Source: an uncultured archaeon
GTDB lineage: Archaea > EX4484-52 > JAADEF01
NCBI GenBank assembly: GCA_964407715.1
Contig: CAYOWP010000006.1
Location: 12,645 to 30,782 of the forward strand
DNA length: 18,138 bases
Direction: 5' to 3'
Positions 1 through 6,777 of the stretch are shown here, in pieces (within the stretch, counting starts at the first letter, position 1; each line of letters starts with the position of its first letter). Below the pieces are notes generated by a model, which was not told where the DNA came from, searched no databases, and saw only the letters and a list, made by a program, of their open reading frames with translations. Both the position numbers and the translations under genes were made by a program.

Positions 1-83
1 CTTTTAAAATCATCCTTTCGTCATAGCTCATAACATACTCCAAGTTATGAGCGCGGCGCTCTGACCAACTGAGCCACGTGGGC
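1..83 (-). tRNA. tRNA-Met(CAU), elongator type, intron-containing; only the 5' exon (46-83) and part of the intron (1-45) are in the window
   Basis: Minus strand reads GCCCACG TG GCTC AGTTGGTCA GAGC G CCGCG CT CAT A, then non-tRNA sequence. G1-C2-C3 fits archaeal elongator Met better than Ile2 or initiator Met. The 3' exon lies outside the window. Confidence 0.85.
7..34 (-). ncRNA. Putative intron-encoded box C'/D' guide for 2'-O-methylation of C34 of the host tRNA-Met
   Basis: GTTATGAGC (26-34) is antisense to GCUCAUAAC of the host anticodon arm. It is followed by T, D'-like ATGA (21-24), C-GAAA-G and C'-like ATGATT (8-13). The 5th nt upstream of D' pairs with C34. Confidence 0.65.
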
Positions 84-220
84 TCATCCAATAATACATT
101 TTAAATTATAATGATATTTTTAAATATTTTGAAATGGCGTCTTAACAATGCGCTACTTTTAAGTGAGAAAACAACATTTTTTAAATCTTTATGATTATTT
201 ATTGTTATGGGAGATAAAGT

Positions 221-769
221 ATGGAAATATATCGCATATCCACCATATATCAAAACCAAAATAGAGGAGAGATATCCAGGAAGATAAGTAAAGGAGGAAT
301 AAGAGAATATGCTCGTCTATACTACGAGATAGCTTCCAATTCTGATTTACCTAAGGACATTCGTAAAAAAGCATTAGAAAATGCAATTAACGGATATCTT
401 AAACATTTCGATATTTTTTATTCTTTTTATATATTAGAAGAAATAATAACCGGGAAAAATCATAGGATAAAGGATATATATGGTAATGATATTAAGGAAT
501 ATGCATCTTTTGGATTAATAGAAAAACTGAAAAATCTTTACTATGAAAACTTTAATAACAGTCCATTTCTTAAAATGGAGATATTAAAAATATTGAAGGA
601 AATAAAGGAGAACAACAGTTTTCCCGAAAACGCCAGAAAAAAAGCGGATAACGTATATAAAGAACTTAAACTTAAATTTGATAATGAAGTCAATGAGAAA
701 TATAGAGATAAAGAACATCTATATAACTCAATAATAAAGGAATTGGAATTATATGGCATAAAGAAATAA
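221..769 (+). CDS. Hypothetical protein, 182 aa, charged and probably alpha-helical
   Basis: Long ORF in AT-rich DNA filling the gap between two tRNA genes, with GGAG upstream of the ATG. No motif recognised. Confidence 0.7.
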   Translation: MEIYRISTIYQNQNRGEISRKISKGGIREYARLYYEIASNSDLPKDIRKKALENAINGYLKHFDIFYSFYILEEIITGKNHRIKDIYGNDIKEYASFGLIEKLKNLYYENFNNSPFLKMEILKILKEIKENNSFPENARKKADNVYKELKLKFDNEVNEKYRDKEHLYNSIIKELELYGIKK

Positions 770-774
770 AAAAG

Positions 775-893
775 TGGTCCCGGAGGGATTCGAACCCTCG
801 ACCTCCGGCTCGCTTCGGATTGGGAGGAAATTTGCGCATATACCTCCCAAGGCCCTATAAGACCGGCGCTCTGCCAAGCTGAGCCACGGGACC
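775..893 (-). tRNA. tRNA-Ile(UAU) with 45-nt intron at 37/38 (intron 811-855)
   Basis: GGTCCCG/CGGGACC acceptor stem, A73, GCTC/GAGC D stem, CCGGT CT TAT A|A GCCGG anticodon arm, GAGGG TTCGAAT CCCTC T arm. Intron hairpin TTGGGAGG/CCTCCCAA and a relaxed BHB. CCA not encoded. Confidence 0.9.
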
Positions 894-941
894 ATCATTA
901 AAATAATATAAACATTATTTAAAATTTAAAAATGATATTTT

Positions 942-1121
942 TTATCTCACAACCTCTATAGGTATTACGCCCATCTCAAATTCTTTTTTAGCAATAGAAA
1001 CAGGATCTAACACATTAACTCCTTCAAGCTTTATTAATGGTGGAGCGCCCATAGAAATTTGCATTGCTCTTGCACCTATAATTCGCGCTCTTTCATACTT
1101 CGTATATTTTTGAGAACTCAT
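942..1121 (-). CDS. rpoK: RNA polymerase subunit K (Rpo6), 59 aa; not in the supplied ORF track
   Basis: Manual translation [59 protein letters not shown] has the Rpo6 T.YE.AR..GARA.Q motif. SD GGAGGTG upstream; follows rpoN. Confidence 0.96.
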   Translation of the reverse strand: MSSQKYTKYERARIIGARAMQISMGAPPLIKLEGVNVLDPVSIAKKEFEMGVIPIEVVR

Positions 1122-1151
1122 CCTTTTACACCTCCAAAGATAGCAACAAAA

Positions 1152-1376
1152 CTATTTCTTTTCCTTTATAGGTATTATCTTATTTCTGAAGATAGCGATC
1201 TCATCAAAAACATCAACATAAGTTAAAAAGTGCTTTCTGCAACAATATCTCTTTACACCTAACTCATCCAACACCTCTCCTGGAGGTCTCCCTTTCTTAT
1301 TTACCTCTTCATTATATTTTTCCCATAAATGACCTATAACCTTTCCACATGAAATGCATCTTACTGGGAATAGCAT
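1152..1376 (-). CDS. rpoN: RNA polymerase subunit N (Rpo10)
   Basis: PVRCISCGK and RYCCR zinc motifs. Start moved to the ATG at 1376 because the track's GTG lies inside the SD GGAGGTG. Confidence 0.97.
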   Translation of the reverse strand: MLFPVRCISCGKVIGHLWEKYNEEVNKKGRPPGEVLDELGVKRYCCRKHFLTYVDVFDEIAIFRNKIIPIKEKK

Positions 1377-1409
1377 ATTAAGCACCTCCTTATAAGAATA
1401 GGTATTTGG

Positions 1410-1916
1410 TTATCTTTTACTTAATTGCTTCTTTCTTCTTGGTCCTTGCTTTGATCTCGATGGCTTATGAGGCTCGGTTTGTCTAACGTCAGGAACAAGT
1501 AAGGATCTATCATAATCTATAAACATTTCCTTTAAAGCATCATCCTTATAATACTCTACAAGTGCTTTAGCAATAATTTGTCTTACAGCATCACTTTGAC
1601 CTGTTATTCCACCACCGTGAACATCAATCTCTATAGAGATATTTTTCATTTTATCCTCCCCAGCTAAATATACTGGCTCTAATATCCTATAAAGAAGTAG
1701 TTTTGGAAAATATGATTCTAATGGTTTTCCATTAACCCTAATACTACCATTCCCTTTCCTAATATAGCCTCTTGCGATTGCCTTTTTTCTATACCCAATA
1801 ATCACTAATGTCTCCTGTTTTTTTGATGTCTGCTTAGTTTTTTTAGATGTGCTTCTTGCCCTTTTAACATTCTTCTTATCTTTTTTCTTTGAAACATCTT
1901 TCTTTTTCCTGCTCAT
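1410..1916 (-). CDS. rps9: 30S ribosomal protein S9 (uS9) with Lys-rich N-terminal extension
   Basis: G.RK.AIAR, IRVNG, VHGGGITGQSDAVR and DRSLLV.D.R..EP motifs; conserved synteny. Confidence 0.97.
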   Translation of the reverse strand: MSRKKKDVSKKKDKKNVKRARSTSKKTKQTSKKQETLVIIGYRKKAIARGYIRKGNGSIRVNGKPLESYFPKLLLYRILEPVYLAGEDKMKNISIEIDVHGGGITGQSDAVRQIIAKALVEYYKDDALKEMFIDYDRSLLVPDVRQTEPHKPSRSKQGPRRKKQLSKR

Positions 1917-1927
1917 TTGTTCTCACC

Positions 1928-2365
1928 TTATTTTGCACTATCTTGGATATTAGCACCTAAATGTTTTGATACCTCTTCAAGATATACATACTTCATGTTT
2001 TTCAAATTATTTTTTGAGAACATTTCCAATCTAATGAACTCTTTGTCTTTGTATTCCTTTGGAATACCAATAAATGTTTTAATCCTTCTTAAAGCCTCTC
2101 TCCCTCTTTTTGTCTTATATGGTAACATACCTCGAATTGTCCTTCTCACAATTCTATCAGGGTATCTTGGATAAAAAGGTCCTTTGTATCTATCTCCCCT
2201 TTCTCTCTTAGCTTCATATCTTTCCAAGATATTTTCGCGGTTACCTGAGATAACACATTTTTCGCAGTTTACTATGATGATCTCTTCCCCTTCTAATGCC
2301 TTCTTAGCGATATAACTAGCCATCCTACCTAATATAGTATCTGAGGCATCTATATATAATGTCAT
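1928..2365 (-). CDS. rpl13: 50S ribosomal protein L13 (uL13)
   Basis: IDA...ILGRMAS, GPFYPRYPDRIVRRTIRGMLP. Start placed at the ATG at 2365, downstream of SD AGGTG. Confidence 0.97.
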   Translation of the reverse strand: MTLYIDASDTILGRMASYIAKKALEGEEIIIVNCEKCVISGNRENILERYEAKRERGDRYKGPFYPRYPDRIVRRTIRGMLPYKTKRGREALRRIKTFIGIPKEYKDKEFIRLEMFSKNNLKNMKYVYLEEVSKHLGANIQDSAK

Positions 2366-2377
2366 CTTATACACCTA

Positions 2378-2743
2378 TTACTCCATTATTCTTATGTTTT
2401 TTCCTTCTTTGTTTATTTTCACTAATTCCTCAAAAGATATTATTTTTCCTCCTGCCAATTTAACTTTATTCAAAGCATTTTTTGAACATGATAAAGCTGC
2501 AATGATTAATGGCTTTTCCAATATCCCATAACCCAAAACCTTTCCAGGAACTGCAATGAATTCTCCCTCTTTGCCATATCTATTTATTTTTATTAGGTTA
2601 ACACTAGATCTTTGCCTTCTTGGTCTCATTAATCTTTCTGCTAAGTCCTTCCATACCTTCTTCTTAGTTTTTCTATATGTCTTCTCTAAAATAGCTATCT
2701 GCTTTCTTGTTACTGGATTTGTTGGTCCTGTTCTCACTACCAT
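2378..2743 (-). CDS. rpl18e: 50S ribosomal protein L18e (eL18)
   Basis: TNP, W..LAE.L.RPRR, VNL.KINR and VPGKVLG motifs; synteny. Confidence 0.96.
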   Translation of the reverse strand: MVVRTGPTNPVTRKQIAILEKTYRKTKKKVWKDLAERLMRPRRQRSSVNLIKINRYGKEGEFIAVPGKVLGYGILEKPLIIAALSCSKNALNKVKLAGGKIISFEELVKINKEGKNIRIME

Positions 2744-2774
2744 CTCGCATCACTTTACGATAAATTGGTTATGA

Positions 2775-2907
2775 TGCAGGGGGCGGGATTCGAACCCGCG
2801 AAGGCACTAAGCCACAGGATTTCTTATGAAATCATTGCTTAAGCTCATAACTTAAGATGCATTTCATCTTAAGTCCTGCCCCATTGACCAGGCTAGGGGA
2901 CCCCTGC
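2775..2907 (-). tRNA. tRNA-Leu(UAA) with 47-nt intron at 37/38 (intron 2821-2867)
   Basis: GCAGGGG/CCCCTGC acceptor stem, A73, CAGGA CT TAA G|A TCCTG anticodon arm, long variable arm, TTCGAAT T loop. Strict BHB (CUUA/UAAG central helix, UGAAAU/AUUUCA outer helix). Usual archaeal position between rpoD and rpl18e. Confidence 0.95.
2829..2859 (-). ncRNA. Putative intron-encoded box C'/D' guide for 2'-O-methylation of U34 of the host tRNA-Leu
   Basis: CATCTTAAGT (2850-2859) is antisense to ACUUAAGAUG of the host pre-tRNA. It is followed by T, ATGA (2845-2848), GC-TTAA-GC-A and ATGATT (2830-2835). D'+5 pairs with U34; same layout as the Met intron. Confidence 0.55.
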
Positions 2908-2931
2908 CCAATACTAACATAATGTAAGTTT

Positions 2932-3564
2932 TTATTTAAAAGTCTTTTCCAGTATTTTAAGTTCATCGATCACATTTTTGACAGCCTCTTTTAGAATCTC
3001 ACGTGGTGATAATGCGCTTATACTTTCCACATACATTTCATATTCCTCATCTTCTTTTATTTGTTTTATACCCACAATAGCAGGGATATATTTAGCATGA
3101 TCCTTGCCACTTCCTAAAGTAATCGCGCCTTCTATATCTATTTCTTGCTCCTCCAACAATCTTACAACAATGATATCATCATATAATGGCTTAAAACTCT
3201 CGTGAGTGGTTTTTATATCCTTTGCATATACAGTGCATGGTCCTTTTTTGGATAATACAAACTTAACACTACATCTGGGTGAATCTGGGTTTTCCTTACA
3301 TTCCTTTGAGTTTCTGTTAAGTAATGCCCTTTTATCGAAGGTAAAAGGTATCATTGCTAATCTATGAGCCAACATTTCATCATATAATCCAGATGTATTT
3401 TTGAGCACATCAATATATTCCACTGCTGCAGTCTCAACAGAATTTATTATTCTTCTCCTAATAGTATTTACAAAATAAGACGGGTATCCTTTAAGGATAC
3501 ATCTTATATATTCATCCGTCTCTTCCAATATCTTAATAGTTTTATCTTTTTTTGAATTGCTCAT
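2932..3564 (-). CDS. rpoD: RNA polymerase subunit D (Rpo3), short form
   Basis: NTIRR, NTSGLYDEMLAHRLAMIP, VYAKDI and G.GKDHAKY.P motifs; follows rps11. Confidence 0.97.
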   Translation of the reverse strand: MSNSKKDKTIKILEETDEYIRCILKGYPSYFVNTIRRRIINSVETAAVEYIDVLKNTSGLYDEMLAHRLAMIPFTFDKRALLNRNSKECKENPDSPRCSVKFVLSKKGPCTVYAKDIKTTHESFKPLYDDIIVVRLLEEQEIDIEGAITLGSGKDHAKYIPAIVGIKQIKEDEEYEMYVESISALSPREILKEAVKNVIDELKILEKTFK

Positions 3565-3599
3565 GTTCTCATAGCCTCCCTTGGAGTATAATGAAAGGG

Positions 3600-4073
3600 C
3601 TATACTCTTCTACCTCTTTTACCTCCAGGTCTTCGTGTATGATCATGAGGTATAGGTGTAACATCCTCTATCCTCAATACCTTTAATCCTCCTTGGATTA
3701 GCCCTCTAATTGCAGATTGTGCGCCTGGACCAGGAATCTTTTGCCTATTTCCACCTGGTGCTCTGACCTTTACATAGACCTTCTTTATGGTTTTTTCTAT
3801 TGCCTCCTCAGCAGCTCTCTTTGCTGCTTGCATCGCAGGATATGGAGTGCCTTTTAATCTGCCTTTATCTGTGAAATTACCTCCACTATACCTTGCGATG
3901 GTTTCTGATCCTGTGATATCTGTAATATGCACAATAGTATTATTCATACTACTATATATATGTGCTATCCCTACTCTTTCAATTGATTTTTTGCTTATAG
4001 GGGAAGAGGATTTTTCATTCTTTATCTCTTCTTTCTCATTTCCAGCTTCTTGCTGTGTAGTTTTTTCAACCAT
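3600..4073 (-). CDS. rps11: 30S ribosomal protein S11 (uS11)
   Basis: [46 protein letters not shown]. Confidence 0.98.
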   Translation of the reverse strand: MVEKTTQQEAGNEKEEIKNEKSSSPISKKSIERVGIAHIYSSMNNTIVHITDITGSETIARYSGGNFTDKGRLKGTPYPAMQAAKRAAEEAIEKTIKKVYVKVRAPGGNRQKIPGPGAQSAIRGLIQGGLKVLRIEDVTPIPHDHTRRPGGKRGRRV

Positions 4074-4088
4074 TTATTTCACCTTTTA

Positions 4089-4580
4089 TTATGCCTCTTC
4101 TTTCATTTTTGCATAATAAGGAGATTCAGGATCTATTTCCACGACATCATTTACAGTGACTAAATAGCTTGGGCTTGTTATCCTTGTACCATTCACGAGG
4201 ATATGTCCATGAACTATCATTTGTCTTGCTTGTAATGGTGTCCTAGCAAATCCTTTCTTGTATACTATTGTCTGCAATCTTCTTTCGAGAAGATCCTCAA
4301 CATTTAATCGTAAAACATCTTCTAAGGATGGATTTTCGCCGAGTAATCCATATTTGCGTAGTTGATCAAACAACCTTTTTTCTTTTTCCTCATCATATTT
4401 AGCAATGAGATCCCTCGCTTGATGCCTAAATTTTCTCAGCAATGCTTTGATCCTCCATATCTCTCTATTTTTTCTTAATCCATATTTCTTTTTTAATTTT
4501 GATTCCTCTACTATTCTATCTTTATCGTACAATCTTTTTGGTGATAAATATTTATTTTTGAATTTTCTAGGATCCCCCAT
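4089..4580 (-). CDS. rps4: 30S ribosomal protein S4 (uS4)
   Basis: MGDP, YGLRKNREIW, LERRLQTIV, ARQMIVHGHI. Confidence 0.98.
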   Translation of the reverse strand: MGDPRKFKNKYLSPKRLYDKDRIVEESKLKKKYGLRKNREIWRIKALLRKFRHQARDLIAKYDEEKEKRLFDQLRKYGLLGENPSLEDVLRLNVEDLLERRLQTIVYKKGFARTPLQARQMIVHGHILVNGTRITSPSYLVTVNDVVEIDPESPYYAKMKEEA

Positions 4581-4599
4581 TATTCTTCACCTTTTCTTG

Positions 4600-5061
4600 T
4601 TACTTTTTCTTTCTTTGTACTCCAACAGTTTTGCCGTGTCTAAATGAAGTTCTTGTTCTTTGACCTCTGACTGGTAATCCTAGTTCATGCCTTATACCTC
4701 TATATGCCCTTATTTTCCTTAGTCTATTGATATCATTTTTTACTGTCAAATCAATGTCACTTCCTATTAAATGAATGTCTTTTCCTGTTTCATAATCTTT
4801 TCTTCTATTCATTATCCAAGAAGGTATACCATATTTTGATGGATTTTTTGCTGCATCCTCTATTTTTTCAAGTTCTTCTTCTGTAAATTCATTTAATTTT
4901 TTATTTTCATCAAATCCAAGGGCTCTCAATATGGCCCGAGCAAAGTTATGGCTTATTCCTTTAACTTTTATTAAGGCATGATATGCCTTTTTGTTTCCAT
5001 CCAAGTCATAACCCAAAACCCTAATTACATCTGCAGGTTTATCTTCCTGGCTTTTTGCCAT
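4600..5061 (-). CDS. rps13: 30S ribosomal protein S13 (uS13)
   Basis: IPSWIMNRRKD, YRGIRHELGLPVRGQRTR; SD GGTGA upstream. Confidence 0.98.
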   Translation of the reverse strand: MAKSQEDKPADVIRVLGYDLDGNKKAYHALIKVKGISHNFARAILRALGFDENKKLNEFTEEELEKIEDAAKNPSKYGIPSWIMNRRKDYETGKDIHLIGSDIDLTVKNDINRLRKIRAYRGIRHELGLPVRGQRTRTSFRHGKTVGVQRKKK

Positions 5062-5112
5062 ACTTTTTCACCAAATCCGTCATAACGTGTATATATTCAA
5101 AATATAACGGAT

Positions 5113-5125
5113 AATTTTAAAAAGA
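5113..5125 (-). promoter_or_regulatory. Possible TATA box of the rps13 operon
   Basis: Minus-strand TTTTTAAAAT about 55-60 nt upstream of the rps13 start. The genome is AT-rich, so specificity is low. Confidence 0.3.
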
Positions 5126-5147
5126 TGATTGATTCAAATCACAGTCT

Positions 5148-5410
5148 GGCTTTGTCCAATAATTCTCTTATTAACAAAATTTGTTAAGCAGAAAAGTAGC
5201 CTTTTAAAGAAGAGCATTAGAGCAGCAAACCTTAAAGATGAGATGCTACAAAACCTGTGGTAATAGCGATTTCTTCCCGTTAACAATTTTTGTCCATTCA
5301 AAATAATTTGTTAACGGGAAGCATATCCCTATTCAAAAGGGTTAAACCGCTATAAGTGCTATTTGCGCGTTAAATTTCCGCTTAACAATAAAGAATTTTT
5401 GGACAATGCT
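5148..5410. mobile_element. MITE-like element, copy 1 (263 bp)
   Basis: Imperfect terminal IRs: GGCTTTGTCCAATAATTCTCTTATT vs right-end reverse complement AGCATTGTCCAAAAATTCTTTATT. Subterminal IRs TTGTTAAGC(A/G)GAAA. Perfect internal 14-bp IR at 5273-5286/5308-5321. Both flanks begin TCACA in the 9-bp register. Homologous to 17853-17987. Confidence 0.8.
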
Positions 5411-5462
5411 TCACAACTCAATTATAATGATTTTTAAATTTTATTAAGAAAAAATATTAATT

Positions 5463-6239
5463 ATGATCCTGAAACCAAATGTTGCTGGGATATTTTATCC
5501 TTCGGATAAAAAAGATTTATTAGATATGCTAAAATCCTTAAAAGAAAGGGTTGATATTAAAGAAATCAAAGATAAGATAGAGGATGTAAGAGATATCAAA
5601 GCTCTGATAGCACCGCATGCAGGATATATCTACAGTGGTTTAGTGGCAATGTATGGATATTTAACCTTGAAAAAAATAAAGTTAAACCTCAAAACTGTGT
5701 TATTATGGGGACCTACACACTATTATTATTTTTCAGGAGCATATCAGCCAGAGACATATAAATATTGGGAAACTCCTTTAGGTAAGCTGGCTATTGAAAA
5801 ATACCCTTCTATTCCAGCAAATGATGCTGTATTTTATAGAGAGCATAGTTTGGAAGTGCATTTGCCTTTTATTCAATTTTTCTATGATAATCCAAAAATA
5901 AAACCTCTGTTATTTGGTAATCCTTATTCCTTAGATGATATTAATCTTAAAGAAGATGAGGTAATAATTGTTAGTTCTGATTTAAGCCATTATTTGCCAT
6001 ATGATGATGCAGTAAAAAGGGATAATGAAACCTTACAAATGATAGTTAATAAGGATGAAAGGAGGTTCCTTCAACAAGGAGATGCATGTGGAAAGTATGC
6101 AATATTGTCTTTATTATCTATTGCTAATAAAAGAGAATGGAAAGTCAAGGTCATAAAATACAACAATTCTGGAGATGTTATAGAGGATAAGTCAAGTGTT
6201 GTAGGATATAGCAGTGTGATCTTTTATGAACAAAAATGA
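5463..6239 (+). CDS. amrB: MEMO1-family protein (AmmeMemoRadiSam system protein B)
   Basis: P.VAG.FYP, APHAGYIYSG, GPTH, EHSLEVHLPF, SSDLSHY, ACG and VVGY motifs. Confidence 0.93.
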   Translation: MILKPNVAGIFYPSDKKDLLDMLKSLKERVDIKEIKDKIEDVRDIKALIAPHAGYIYSGLVAMYGYLTLKKIKLNLKTVLLWGPTHYYYFSGAYQPETYKYWETPLGKLAIEKYPSIPANDAVFYREHSLEVHLPFIQFFYDNPKIKPLLFGNPYSLDDINLKEDEVIIVSSDLSHYLPYDDAVKRDNETLQMIVNKDERRFLQQGDACGKYAILSLLSIANKREWKVKVIKYNNSGDVIEDKSSVVGYSSVIFYEQK

Positions 6240-6777
6240 GGAATATCCTTGGGATGAGCTTTTTGAAATCGCAAGGAAAGCTATCATAACTTATTTAGAA
6301 AAAAGAGAATATCTAAAAATTGAAAATGATTCTCCAAAAAAAGCCACATTTGTTACCTTGGAAATTAATGGCATGCTCCGAGGTTGTATTGGAAGCATAT
6401 TTCCTATGAGGAGTTTAAAACAAGATGTTGCAATAAATGCAGTGAATGCTGCTTTCTTTGATCCAAGATTCGTGCCTATATCAAAAGAGGAATTAAAATA
6501 TCTTGATATCACTATATCCATATTGAGCGACTTAAAAGAATTTAATGGTTCCAATGAGGAATGGCTCGATTTTCTAAGAGAAAACAAGCCTGGAGTATAT
6601 ATCTCTTCCAATAGGGCTTCAGCAACATTTCTTCCAGAGGTTTGGAAAGAGATAAAGGATGCTGATCTTTTCATGAAATATCTGTCTCTCAAGGCAGGAG
6701 TAGGAGAGAATGAATGGAAAAATATGAAAAAATACTATTACTTTGTTGATGCTCAAAAAAGGAAATTCTATGAATGA
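6226..6777 (+). CDS. amrA: AMMECR1-domain protein (AmmeMemoRadiSam system protein A)
   Basis: FVTL, LRGCIG, AAFFDPRF, ATFLPEVW and L..KAG motifs; overlaps the MEMO1 gene by 14 nt. Confidence 0.93.
   Translation: MNKNEEYPWDELFEIARKAIITYLEKREYLKIENDSPKKATFVTLEINGMLRGCIGSIFPMRSLKQDVAINAVNAAFFDPRFVPISKEELKYLDITISILSDLKEFNGSNEEWLDFLRENKPGVYISSNRASATFLPEVWKEIKDADLFMKYLSLKAGVGENEWKNMKKYYYFVDAQKRKFYE

Noticed and set aside
46-83. CAU tRNA as Ile2 or initiator Met
   Set aside because: It starts GCC, lacks A1 and the GGG anticodon stem of initiators, and lacks the GG start of Ile tRNAs. The missing 3' exon leaves slight doubt.
811-855. C/D guide in the tRNA-Ile intron
   Set aside because: No UGA boxes and no antisense match to the anticodon arm; it is a simple hairpin.
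2843-2853. Leu intron contains AAGTTATGAGC, an 11-nt antisense match to pre-tRNA-Met (cross-guiding?)
   Set aside because: The match is largely built from the end of the Leu guide plus the AUGA box (itself antisense to UCAU), and no D-like box follows in the +5 register.
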